Source: Elusimicrobiota bacterium
GTDB taxonomy: Bacteria; Elusimicrobiota; Elusimicrobia; Elusimicrobiales; UBA9959
DNA length: 29,990 bases
Assembly: GCA_037137395.1 (NCBI GenBank)
Contig: JBAXKK010000024.1
Span: 1-29,990 of the forward strand
Reading direction: 5' to 3'
Part shown: positions 16,108 to 26,803 of the stretch, piece after piece
Position numbering within the stretch: the stretch's first letter is position 1
Layout: every line of letters begins with the position of its first letter
Notes under the pieces: generated by a model
Databases searched by the model: none
The model's input: only the letters and a program-made list of their open reading frames with translations
What the model was told of the DNA's origin: nothing
Made by a program: the position numbers and the translations under genes

Positions 16108-17826
16108 TTAATCTTTACGTTTGTCCAGGATGTAGGCGCTTTTCTCTCTAGCTTTGGCGGCTTTTTTAAGCTCAGACCCGATATTGCTGACCTGCGCGAA
16201 GGAGATCAGCGGGCGCAGCTTGTTATGGACGATGCCGACGGCTATGGAAAGGAAAGGGAATTTTTTGATATTGCCCTGCCGGTCTGTTGAAATGATATGT
16301 CCACGCGCGCGGTCTTCCTTGCCGTAGAAAGAGGGGGATATCTCGTCAAAAGCCGCCACGACTCGGCCCGCCAGCTCCTCAGCCTTCTCGAAATCAGTGA
16401 CTATTATAAAGTCGTCGCCGCCGATGTGCCCGATAAAATCTTTTGAGGCCTCGTTATGGATCGTGAGCTTGACCAGCAGATTAGCCGTGGCTTTTATCAC
16501 GCGGTCCCCGGATTCAAAACCATAGATATCGTTGTAGGCCTTGAAATTATTAAGGTCAAGATAAAGTACTGCGAAGCTTCCGCCTTTCTGTAATTCGCGC
16601 TCAACCCTGGCCTGTATGGACGGGTTGCCGGGCAGCTTCGAGAGAGGATTTGTGTCCAGCACCAGCTTGTTGCGTTTGAGTATCATGCGGATGCGGGCGA
16701 TAAGTTCATCGGTGTCCACCGGTTTGATGAGGTAATCGTCGATACCCATGCTCAGCCCCTTCATCTTGGTGGCTTTCTCGCTGTAAGCGGTGCAGATTAT
16801 TATTGGTATGTGTGCGAAAAGCGGGCTGTCTTTCAGGTCCTGCGCCACGCTCAGGCCGTCCTTGATGGGCATGTTGTAGTCCAGCACCGCGATGTCGGGA
16901 TGAGTCTCGAAAATGACCTGCAGCGCCTCAGCCCCGTCGCTGGCGATGAAAACTTCGAACCCCGCCGCTTCAACGGTCTCTTTCATCAGCATAAGCAGTT
17001 CCGTCTGATCGTCCGCGATCAGGACCCTCGGTTTCTGCTCTTTTAACGCTTGCGCTATTTCGGGAGAATGGCCGCCGCCGATCTCCCTGTCTATTATGCT
17101 GAGCAGCAGGTCGCCGGGGAGTTCTTTTGCAATAATTTCCGGCAGGCCGGTGAGTATGCCGCGCTCCTGAAAATTATTGAAGCGAAGTGCACTGAGCACG
17201 AGGATAGGGATGTTGGCTGTTTCCGCCTCATCCTGCATTTCAGACATGATCTGGAAGCCGTCTTTTTTCGGCATCATTATGTCAAGCAGGAGCACATTGG
17301 GCTTCTCAGCTTTTAAGCGGGGCAGTACCTGCAGGGGGTCGGTCACCACAATAGGTTTGTAATTGTTGGACTCAAGGAACATTTTCAGCAGGTCGGAGAA
17401 GTCCTCGTCGTCGTCTGCGATAAGAACCGTCACCGGATGTTCTTTGTCCGGTTTGGGGGCTAAGCCCAGGAGCGCGGATTTTAAAACCTCAAAATCCAGG
17501 GGTTTGGTCAGGTAGCCTTTAACTCTTGGAGACGGGCCGGTGACGATGTCAACCTCCGGCGTTTTGGAGAAGACGATTATTTTCTGCTGCTCCGTAAAGG
17601 GGTTTTTCTTCACCTCGGTCAGGAAATCAAGGGGGTTGAAAGATTCGATGAGGATGTTAAGAATAACAAGGTGCGGCTTCCAGTTCTGGACGGCGTTCAG
17701 CGCGTCCTGGTAGGCGGCGGCGCTTTGCACTTCATAGCCCTTGCCTCGCAGGAAGACGATGAGTTCGTCGGCATGAGCGGCGTCAGTGTCAACGATAAGT
17801 ATTCTTTTCTCAAGGCTCGCTTCCAT
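16108..17826 (-). CDS. Response regulator with three receiver domains and a GGDEF domain (GGDDF)
   Basis: REC1 atypical (ILIVDTD...LVILNI), REC2 LIADDD...LLDIMMP, REC3 LIADDQ...VLDYNMP...KP; DLNNFKAYNDIYG; GHIGGDDF. Confidence 0.92.
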   Translation of the reverse strand: MEASLEKRILIVDTDAAHADELIVFLRGKGYEVQSAAAYQDALNAVQNWKPHLVILNILIESFNPLDFLTEVKKNPFTEQQKIIVFSKTPEVDIVTGPSPRVKGYLTKPLDFEVLKSALLGLAPKPDKEHPVTVLIADDDEDFSDLLKMFLESNNYKPIVVTDPLQVLPRLKAEKPNVLLLDIMMPKKDGFQIMSEMQDEAETANIPILVLSALRFNNFQERGILTGLPEIIAKELPGDLLLSIIDREIGGGHSPEIAQALKEQKPRVLIADDQTELLMLMKETVEAAGFEVFIASDGAEALQVIFETHPDIAVLDYNMPIKDGLSVAQDLKDSPLFAHIPIIICTAYSEKATKMKGLSMGIDDYLIKPVDTDELIARIRMILKRNKLVLDTNPLSKLPGNPSIQARVERELQKGGSFAVLYLDLNNFKAYNDIYGFESGDRVIKATANLLVKLTIHNEASKDFIGHIGGDDFIIVTDFEKAEELAGRVVAAFDEISPSFYGKEDRARGHIISTDRQGNIKKFPFLSIAVGIVHNKLRPLISFAQVSNIGSELKKAAKAREKSAYILDKRKD

Positions 17827-17945
17827 AAAACTGATTCTAACATTTTTGAACAGGAATAATACACGCGCGCGATCCCGCTCCCTATTTCACCCAATTGGTG
17901 AAAGCGACTTGTTCTTCAATTGCATTTTGCTTGACAGGGTTCGCT

Positions 17946-18103
17946 GAGCCTGTCGGGGGACTGGAACGCAAAACCAGTGTCGGCCACACCGTGACCGCAC
18001 TTCCCGTGCGAGCCCAGTGTCGCAGGGCTCCACCCCGCCTCGCCGCTATGCAAGTCTCGGCGTCCGGAGGGTTTTGCTAACCCAGCTCCCCCGCCAGCCG
18101 CTC
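17946..18103 (-). ncRNA. Candidate structured ncRNA (unassigned)
   Basis: Long interrupted closing stem enclosing four hairpins; minus-strand TTCAAA-18nt-TAAAAT promoter-like motif (18152-18123). Confidence 0.45.
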
Positions 18104-18199
18104 CAATATTACATCTGCCTTAATTTTACACTTACCTAACAGAGGATTTGAATCCCGCTCCCCCGGTTGGGCGCCTTTAAAATTAGTAGAATCTTCGTT

Positions 18200-18442
18200 G
18201 TGACAAACGGCGAAGACACAAGCTATTATAAATATGTCCAGATCGGGCTGGAGCTGGCTGCCGGCGTTGGCCTGGGTTTCTGGGCGGGCTACCGGCTTGA
18301 CCAGAAGTTCGGCTCGGCTCCCTGGCTTATGCTGGCGGGAGCGGCCGGGGGGCTTGCCGCCGGTTTTTACCTGGTCCTCCGCGAACTGCCGAAGGAAAAA
18401 GACTTTAGAAGTGGGAAGAAAGACGCGGGCGGGCAGCCATGA
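18200..18442 (+). CDS. AtpZ/AtpI-family protein
   Basis: IGLELAAGVGLGFWAGYRLDQKFGSAPWLML; first gene of the atp cluster; GTG start chosen, uncertain. Confidence 0.85.
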   Translation: MTNGEDTSYYKYVQIGLELAAGVGLGFWAGYRLDQKFGSAPWLMLAGAAGGLAAGFYLVLRELPKEKDFRSGKKDAGGQP

Positions 18443-18729
18443 TGGACTGCGCCTGGTCGGCAGCCGCCTGGGGCGCGGCCTTCGGGCTGTTGAACGGAGG
18501 GCTTTCCCGGGCAGCTCTTAAGAAAGCGGTGGATAAGGCGGATAAGGTCTTTTACGCGGCGTTCGTGGGCGGATTCTTGTGGCGGCTTTTTTTTCTCGTC
18601 GGTGCTGTGTGGCTTTTAAGGGATAAAAAGTATATAATTTTACTGACATTCTCCGGTGTTCTTATTTTAACGCAGTTCATTTTTGAAGCGGTCCCGTTGA
18701 AAAAAAATGGAACTAAAAGCGATACTTGA
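18439..18729 (+). CDS. ATP synthase protein I-like membrane protein
   Basis: Hydrophobic 96 aa overlapping both neighbours, just before atpB. Confidence 0.7.
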   Translation: MMDCAWSAAAWGAAFGLLNGGLSRAALKKAVDKADKVFYAAFVGGFLWRLFFLVGAVWLLRDKKYIILLTFSGVLILTQFIFEAVPLKKNGTKSDT

Positions 18730-19471
18730 ACATCATATCCTGGACCATATCTGGACCTTTTTCAGCCTGGGACCGCTGACGCTTCCTTTTTCTAAGCATG
18801 TGCTGATGATGTTTATTGTGGCCCTCGTTCTGCTGATCGGGCTGCCAGCCCTGATCTCAAGCAAAAGTCCGGCGCTCGCGCCCTTCAGAGCAATGATAGA
18901 GATAATAGTTCTTTTCCTGAGGGATGAGGTTGTCGGCCCTAATCTCGGGCATAAGACCGCCGCCTATCTGCCTTATTTTTCCACTCTGTTTTTTTTTATA
19001 CTCGCCATGAATCTTGCAGGGCTGGTGCCTTATGGGGCTACCGCTACGGGAAATCTGGCGGTTACGGGCGGCTTGGCGCTCACCACGTTTGTACTTCTTA
19101 ATCTGTCGGGCATGAGGGAGCAGGGCGTCGTGGGTTATTTCAGCCACCTTGTGCCTAAAGGCGTGCCGTTCTGGCTTTACCCCCTGCTTTTTCCGATGGA
19201 ACTTCTGGGGATGCTTACCAAGACTTTCGCGCTCTGCGTCAGGTTATTCGCCAATATGATAGGGGGCCATATAGTTGTTCTATCCCTCATAAGTCTCATC
19301 TTTATTTTCGGCGGGCTGAATACGGCGCTTGGTCTGGGAGTCACCGCGCCGATAGCGGTGCTTATGGTGCTGTTTGTCATGCTATTGGAACTGTTCGTCG
19401 CTTTTCTGCAGGCGTACATTTTCACTTTTTTGACGGCGATTTTCACCGGCGCCGCCATGCACCCGCATTAA
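18707..19471 (+). CDS. atpB: ATP synthase Fo subunit a
   Basis: ALCVRLFANMIGGH (essential Arg), LQAYIF. Confidence 0.96.
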   Translation: MELKAILEHHILDHIWTFFSLGPLTLPFSKHVLMMFIVALVLLIGLPALISSKSPALAPFRAMIEIIVLFLRDEVVGPNLGHKTAAYLPYFSTLFFFILAMNLAGLVPYGATATGNLAVTGGLALTTFVLLNLSGMREQGVVGYFSHLVPKGVPFWLYPLLFPMELLGMLTKTFALCVRLFANMIGGHIVVLSLISLIFIFGGLNTALGLGVTAPIAVLMVLFVMLLELFVAFLQAYIFTFLTAIFTGAAMHPH

Positions 19472-19580
19472 CAGCCGGCCTTTAAGAAGGCAGGCTGCGC
19501 CATACGCCCAGAGCTTATGGCATACGGCTTATGGCTTATGGCAGTAAAATCTAAGATGTTGATAATAACGGAGGAATAAT

Positions 19581-19889
19581 ATGAATGATATGATGTTTTT
19601 AGGACTCGGTTACATCGGCGCGGGCGTGGGCGCCGGCCTTACGCTTATAGGCGCCGGTCTCGGTATAGGTAAGATGGCCGCCAGCGCTGTTGAAGGCACG
19701 GCACGCCAGCCGGAAGCGGGCGGAGCAATAAGGACTACAATGATCATCGCGGCAGCGCTCATCGAAGGCCTCGCTTTCTTCGCACTGGTCATCTGTCTCC
19801 TGGCTTTAATGAACTTCGGCATGCCAAAACAAGAAGCGGCCGCCGGCGCGCCCGTAGTTGCGCCAGCCCAGATTCAAGCGCATAAATAA
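19581..19889 (+). CDS. atpE: ATP synthase Fo subunit c (likely H+-type)
   Basis: GAGLGIG, ARQPE, ALIEGLAFF; lacks the Q...E(S/T)xxY Na+ signature. Confidence 0.96.
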   Translation: MNDMMFLGLGYIGAGVGAGLTLIGAGLGIGKMAASAVEGTARQPEAGGAIRTTMIIAAALIEGLAFFALVICLLALMNFGMPKQEAAAGAPVVAPAQIQAHK

Positions 19890-19972
19890 TCAGCGGTTAG
19901 TGATCAGTAGCTAGTGGATTATTATTCACACGCTCACCGCTCACCACCATACACTACGCACCGGAGCTTACC

Positions 19973-20491
19973 ATGGAAGCATTGATAAGGCCTGAATTCG
20001 GCCTGATGTTCTGGACCATCTTCATCTTTATTCTATTGGTCCTTATCCTCTCAAAGACGGCCTGGAAGCCGCTTATGAAAGCCGTTGAAGAACGGGAACA
20101 CGGCATACGCCATGATCGGGAAGCCGCCGAGAAAGCCAGGCTTGAGGCCGAAAAAATAAAAGAAGGGCTGGAAGCCGGTATGGCTGCGCTTAAAATAGAG
20201 ATCGAGGCCCGACTGAACGAGGCCCGCGCGTCCGGCGTCCGGGAGCGGGACCTGATAATAGAGGACGCCCGGAAAAGCGCAGCCCTGCTTATTGAGACGG
20301 CCAAAACGGAGCTTGAATCCCAGAAAAACGCGATGGTGCGGGAGCTGAAAGACAAGGTTGCCGAGCTGGCGCTCCTCGCGGCGGAGAGGGTTCTTCAGAA
20401 AACCATAGATCAGAAGGCCGATAGAGAGCTGGTGAACCATTTTCTGAAGGAACTTGAAAGCGGTGATGCCAGGTATAAACTGGGGAAATAA
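19973..20491 (+). CDS. atpF: ATP synthase Fo subunit b
   Basis: N-terminal TM FWTIFIF..L..ILSKTAWKP, coiled coil, operon position. Confidence 0.93.
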   Translation: MEALIRPEFGLMFWTIFIFILLVLILSKTAWKPLMKAVEEREHGIRHDREAAEKARLEAEKIKEGLEAGMAALKIEIEARLNEARASGVRERDLIIEDARKSAALLIETAKTELESQKNAMVRELKDKVAELALLAAERVLQKTIDQKADRELVNHFLKELESGDARYKLGK

Positions 20492-20494
20492 AAA

Positions 20495-21052
20495 ATGAAA
20501 GCCGCGGATAAAACACTATCAAAGCGGTATGCCAGGGCCTATATGGGTTTGGACGGCGCCGCTTTTGACAAGCATGGGGAAGCCTCGGCCGCGCTCAGGA
20601 TAGCGGAGCTGGAAAAAGTTCGGAGCGCCGCCGGCCAATTCGTGCGCCTGTTCCTGCACCCCCTGGTAGGCTATGACGATAAAAATGAAATTCTGACCAG
20701 GCTGCTTTCCAAGGATGTGATAACCTCGCGGGCCGCGGCGCTGGTGGGTCTGCTGATCAGAGAGAACAGATTTTATCTGCTGGATGCTGTTCTGGAGGAC
20801 TGCGTTAAGTTTTATAACGATTATGCCGGCATCGCGCTGGCCGAAGTCGCCTCCCGTCATCCGCTGAGCGAAGAAGAGCTGCGTCATATCGCGAGGATAC
20901 TGTCCTCCGCTTCCGGCAAAAAAGCCCGGGTCACCCAGGTGGCTTCTGAGAGCGTTATAGGCGGGATGGAGATACGGATGGGGGACCTGCTGATAGACGC
21001 CACGGTGAAGGGAAGGCTTAAAAAACTGAAGAACAGCATTTTAAAATATTGA
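20495..21052 (+). CDS. atpH: ATP synthase F1 delta
   Basis: KRYARAY, VIGGMEIRMGDLLIDATVKGRL. Confidence 0.92.
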   Translation: MKAADKTLSKRYARAYMGLDGAAFDKHGEASAALRIAELEKVRSAAGQFVRLFLHPLVGYDDKNEILTRLLSKDVITSRAAALVGLLIRENRFYLLDAVLEDCVKFYNDYAGIALAEVASRHPLSEEELRHIARILSSASGKKARVTQVASESVIGGMEIRMGDLLIDATVKGRLKKLKNSILKY

Positions 21053-21167
21053 TGGCCAGCGGCACCAGAATTAAGACGTAAAAGGTGAAGAGTTAAAGAA
21101 TTAAAAAATCAGCGTTTAATGCTTGCCGCATAAAATTTAGCCGCATACGTTTTTTTGAGAGGAAACC

Positions 21168-22682
21168 ATGATAAGACCAGAAGAGATCACTCAGATAATT
21201 AAGAGCAGGATAGAAAAATTCGTGCCGGAAGCCGAGCTTTCCGAGACCGGTCAAGTGCTGCAGATCGGCGACGGGATCGCACGCGTTTATGGCCTGAATA
21301 ACGCCGTAATCGGAGAGCTGGTGGAATTTGAGGGTGGCGTTTCCGGCATGGTGCTCAATATCGAGCGCGAGAATGTCGGCGTGGTGATCATGGGCGGCGA
21401 TTCTCTGATACGGGAAGGCGACCGCGTTAAGCGGACCAACCGCGTGGTGGATATACCCGTGGGGCCGGAGCTCATAGGCAGAGTTGTGGATCCTCTCGGA
21501 AATCCTATAGACGGCAAAGGGCCGTTGAACGCAAAGAAGAGGCGCCCGGTGGAGGTAATCGCTCCCGGCGTGCTGGAGCGCGCTCCGGTCAGGGAAGCGC
21601 TGCAGACCGGCATAAAGGCCGTGGACGGCATGATCCCCATAGGCCGCGGTCAGCGCGAACTTATAATCGGCGACAGGCAGACCGGCAAGACGGCCATAGC
21701 TATAGACACCATAATAAACCAGAAAAAAGAGCCGGCTGACAGGCGCCCCATCTGCATTTATGTTGCTATCGGGCAGAAAGAATCCACGGTTGCCCGGGTG
21801 GCCAAAACTCTGGAAGAGCACGGCGCCATGGAGTATTCCATAATAGTTTCAGCCACCGCCTCCCAGCCGGCTTCGCTCCTTTATCTCGCGCCGTATTCAG
21901 GCTGCGCCATAGCCGAGGGCTTTCTCTGGGAAGGAAAGCACGCCCTTATAATCTACGACGACCTTTCAAAACACGCCCAGTCTTACCGCCAAATGTCGCT
22001 GCTGCTGCGCCGCCCGCCCGGCCGCGAGGCCTACCCCGGCGACGTGTTCTATCTGCATTCAAGACTGCTTGAACGCGCCTGCAAACTTTCCGATAAGAAC
22101 GGCGGCGGTTCCATAACCGCCCTGCCGATAATCGAAACGCAGGCCAATGATGTCACAGCTTACATCCCCACCAATGTTATTTCTATTACCGACGGGCAGA
22201 TCTACCTTGAGCCGTCTCTTTTCCATTCCGGCATCAGGCCGGCGGTGAATGTCGGCATCTCGGTATCGCGCGTGGGAAGTTCGGCTCAGATCAGGGCTAT
22301 GCGGCAGGTGGCCGGCAGGCTCCGGTCGGACCTGGCGCAGTACAACGAACTAGCTGCTTTCGCGCAGTTCGGTTCCGACCTGGACAAGTCCAGCATGGAC
22401 CAGCTCAAGCGCGGCGAACGACTGGTGGAGCTGCTGAAGCAGGAGCAGTTCAAGCCTATGCCAGTGGAAGAGCAGGTGCTTGCGTTCTTCGCCGGCACCC
22501 GCGGGCATCTTGATGATATTGAGCTGCCCAAGATTAAAAAATTCGAAGCCGACCTCTTAAGGTTTGTGAAAGATAGGTACGCGAACCTTCTGGCCGACAT
22601 CGCTGCTAAAAAACAGCTGGACGCCGAGCTTGAGTGCAGGATTGTGGACGCGATAGCTGAGTTTAAGAAGAGTTTTGTGTAA
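21168..22682 (+). CDS. atpA: ATP synthase F1 alpha
   Basis: [37 protein letters not shown]. Confidence 0.98.
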   Translation: MIRPEEITQIIKSRIEKFVPEAELSETGQVLQIGDGIARVYGLNNAVIGELVEFEGGVSGMVLNIERENVGVVIMGGDSLIREGDRVKRTNRVVDIPVGPELIGRVVDPLGNPIDGKGPLNAKKRRPVEVIAPGVLERAPVREALQTGIKAVDGMIPIGRGQRELIIGDRQTGKTAIAIDTIINQKKEPADRRPICIYVAIGQKESTVARVAKTLEEHGAMEYSIIVSATASQPASLLYLAPYSGCAIAEGFLWEGKHALIIYDDLSKHAQSYRQMSLLLRRPPGREAYPGDVFYLHSRLLERACKLSDKNGGGSITALPIIETQANDVTAYIPTNVISITDGQIYLEPSLFHSGIRPAVNVGISVSRVGSSAQIRAMRQVAGRLRSDLAQYNELAAFAQFGSDLDKSSMDQLKRGERLVELLKQEQFKPMPVEEQVLAFFAGTRGHLDDIELPKIKKFEADLLRFVKDRYANLLADIAAKKQLDAELECRIVDAIAEFKKSFV

Positions 22683-22793
22683 AAATATTTAGGGTTTAAA
22701 ATCATCGGAAGCAGGATTTAAGATTAAAATTCGCGGGTTAACGATTGCCGGCAGTTTCCAATCCTGATTTTAAACCCGGAATCTTGAATTAAA

Positions 22794-23726
22794 ATGGAGA
22801 ATAAAATGAGATATCTGGTCACAGGCGGCGCCGGATTTATAGGTTCCAACCTGGCTTTCACGCTCACCGGAGAGCGAAAAGCCGACGTGGTAATCCTTGA
22901 TAATTTCTCGTCTGGAAATTTTAAAAATCTTATCGGTTTCAAGGGCGACGTTATAGGCGATGACATCCTAAGCCGCGAATGGTGGGATAAGACGGGGAAA
23001 GTGGACGCCGTTTTTCACGAGGCCGCCATAACCGATACCACCGTGCACGACCAGAAGCGCATGATGGAGGTGAACGTTGAAGGATTCAGGAATATACTGC
23101 GCTTTGCCCTTGAAAAAGGCGTAAAAAGAGTCGTGTACGCCTCTTCCGCCGGCGTTTACGGAAACGGCGCGTGTCCCATGACGGAGGAGCAGCCGCTGAC
23201 GCCTGAGAACGTGTATGGGTTTTCAAAAGCAATGATGGACAACGTGGCGCGGGAATTCGCGGCCGCGCACGCGGATATTACGCTGGTCGGTCTGCGCTAT
23301 TTTAACGTGTACGGCCCCCGCGAATACTACAAAGGCCACGCCGCCAGCATGATGTATCAGCTTTACCTGCAGATGAAGGCCGGCCAGCGGCCTAGAATAT
23401 TCAAGTTCGGTGAGCAGATGCGTGATTTTGTATATGTAAAAGACATCATTCTGGCCAACCTTAAAGCTCTTGAGGTTAAAAAATCCGGCGTAGTGAACGC
23501 CGCCACCGGCGCGCCGGAGAATTTCAACAAGGTTATAGAGTGCCTTAATAAGGCCATGGGCTCTAGCATAGCCCCGGAATATTTTGACAACCCTTACGGG
23601 TTTTTTCAGGTTAAGACCCATGCTGACCTAGGGCGCGCGGGGGCTTACCTGAACTACCGGCCGGAATGGAGTCTTGAAGCCGGTATAGCCGATTACGTGC
23701 AGGAATTGAAGAAAGCTGGTATATAG
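22794..23726 (+). CDS. hldD: ADP-L-glycero-D-manno-heptose 6-epimerase (extended SDR)
   Basis: TGGAGFIGS, FHEAAITDTT, YASSAGVYG, YGFSK, GLRYFNVYGPREYYKG..ASM. Confidence 0.85.
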   Translation: MENKMRYLVTGGAGFIGSNLAFTLTGERKADVVILDNFSSGNFKNLIGFKGDVIGDDILSREWWDKTGKVDAVFHEAAITDTTVHDQKRMMEVNVEGFRNILRFALEKGVKRVVYASSAGVYGNGACPMTEEQPLTPENVYGFSKAMMDNVAREFAAAHADITLVGLRYFNVYGPREYYKGHAASMMYQLYLQMKAGQRPRIFKFGEQMRDFVYVKDIILANLKALEVKKSGVVNAATGAPENFNKVIECLNKAMGSSIAPEYFDNPYGFFQVKTHADLGRAGAYLNYRPEWSLEAGIADYVQELKKAGI

Positions 23727-23834
23727 AGTGTGAGTTTGAGAGTTCTTAAAATTGAAGAGTCGGGTAAAGTTGCGGGGCTTGAAACTCCGGAAGCCACATG
23801 ATTTTATAAACACGGTAACTCGCTGACTGAATTT

Positions 23835-24737
23835 ATGGCATCTTTAAGAGACATACGAAAACGCATCAAATCCGTTAAAAGCATAAAGCAGATAACTTAT
23901 GCCATGAAGATGGTTTCCGCGGCGCGCATCAAGCGCGCTCAGAGCGCTATTTTGTCTTCCCGTCCCTTCGCGCTGAAGATGGAGGGCCTGATAGCCGACC
24001 TCTATACCGAGATGGAGAGTTCGCAGTTCAGAGATTCCCCCGCGTACAATCTGTTCGCGGAAACCCCCGGAGCGGACGTCGTCGGGCTGGTGCTGATCGC
24101 CGGAGATAAAGGGCTGTGCGGCTCATTCAATTCCAATCTCCTTAAAGCCGCGACGGCCTGGCTGACAGAAAATCGCGACAAAAGAATGCGTGTCATCTGC
24201 GTGGGGCGCAAAAGCCGGGATTTTATAAAAAGACTTAAAGGTCTAAACCTTGAAATAAGCTATGAGATGGTGGGGCTGTTCCCCAAGGCGGGGTATGTCC
24301 ACGCCGATATACTGGCAATAAACGTTTTAAAAATGTTCTCCGGCGGAGATGTCCGGTCTATTACTCTCATATATAATGAGTTTAAATCCATGTTGACGCA
24401 ACGCGTGGTCCGCGAAGAGCTGCTGCCGCTTAAGAGCCACATACTTGAAACCCCGGATCCCGCAGGGAGGAAACTCCGGGATTTCAGCTTTGAGCCGAAA
24501 AAACACGTGCTGCTTGAGGCGCTGCTTCCCAGATATATCGGAGCCCAGCTCTACAGGGTGCTGCTTGAATCGCAGGCGGCTGAACTGGCGGCGAGAATGA
24601 ACGCCATGGAAGCGGCTTCAAAGAACGCTTCCGACCTGATAGATGGGCTCACGCTGAAGCTTAACAAGATGCGTCAGGCGATGATAACCACCGAGCTTAA
24701 CGAGATCGTGAGCGGCGCGGAAGCACTGGGCGGGTAA
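23835..24737 (+). CDS. atpG: ATP synthase F1 gamma
   Basis: IKSVKSIKQITYAMKMV, DKGLCG, RQAMITTELNEIVSGA. Confidence 0.97.
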   Translation: MASLRDIRKRIKSVKSIKQITYAMKMVSAARIKRAQSAILSSRPFALKMEGLIADLYTEMESSQFRDSPAYNLFAETPGADVVGLVLIAGDKGLCGSFNSNLLKAATAWLTENRDKRMRVICVGRKSRDFIKRLKGLNLEISYEMVGLFPKAGYVHADILAINVLKMFSGGDVRSITLIYNEFKSMLTQRVVREELLPLKSHILETPDPAGRKLRDFSFEPKKHVLLEALLPRYIGAQLYRVLLESQAAELAARMNAMEAASKNASDLIDGLTLKLNKMRQAMITTELNEIVSGAEALGG

Positions 24738-24853
24738 TTGACCAGAGGTAAGGATGCACAGCAAGTTGGCAATTTAGACGCAAAGCCATTCTGCAGTTCA
24801 GAGGCGCAGCGATTCAGCGATTTAGAGGCGCGTCCGAATTGCTTTACATCTAA

Positions 24854-26323
<1,470 letters not shown>

Positions 26324-26383
26324 AGTCCCGGCATTTACTAAATTGCTGTGCCTCTAGATTGCCATGCGGCTACAGGTATGTTT

Positions 26384-26803
26384 ATGAAAAATAAACTTTT
26401 GCTCACCATTTTGACTCCTGAAAAAGCGGTACTGACCGACAAGCCGGTGGATTTTGTGGCTATACCGGCTTTCGGCGGCGAGATGGGTGTACTGCCGGGG
26501 CACGCTTCTTTCGTGGTGCAGTTGAGGGAAGGCGTTCTGAAATATAAGGACGAGCATAAAAGAGAGATGTTCGCGGTACTGAATGGTTTTGCTGAAGTCC
26601 ATGCGGACAAGGTTTTGATCCTGGCCGAGGCCGCCGAGTTCGCCAGGGAAGTGGATGAGGAACGCGCCCGGCAGGCCTATCAGAAAGCGAAGGATAGTCT
26701 GGCTATGCGCGGAAAAGACTTGGATCTTGACGCCGCGCAAGCCGCTTTACGGCGCGCCATACTTCGTGTCAAGATAGCGGAGTTCAGGAAAAAATACAAA
26801 TAA
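26384..26803 (+). CDS. atpC: ATP synthase F1 epsilon (start 26378 or 26384)
   Basis: ILTPE, GEMGVLPGH, GFAEV, ILAEAAE. Confidence 0.93.
   Translation: MKNKLLLTILTPEKAVLTDKPVDFVAIPAFGGEMGVLPGHASFVVQLREGVLKYKDEHKREMFAVLNGFAEVHADKVLILAEAAEFAREVDEERARQAYQKAKDSLAMRGKDLDLDAAQAALRRAILRVKIAEFRKKYK

Noticed and set aside
15740..16290. ORFs 15740-16045 (-) and 15967-16290 (+)
   Set aside because: Low-complexity translations of GC-rich spacer or antisense to the GGDEF gene.
17895..18110. 61-aa ORF, and assignment of the structure to the cobalamin or c-di-AMP riboswitch, SRP or 6S RNA
   Set aside because: The ORF has no SD or motif; only scattered words (CGGGAAG, CGGGGGA, AGCGAACCC) match, in the wrong order or lacking conserved residues.
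19581..19889. Na+-translocating or N-type ATPase
   Set aside because: The c subunit lacks the Na+ ligands and the gene order is the standard B-E-F-H-A-G-D-C.
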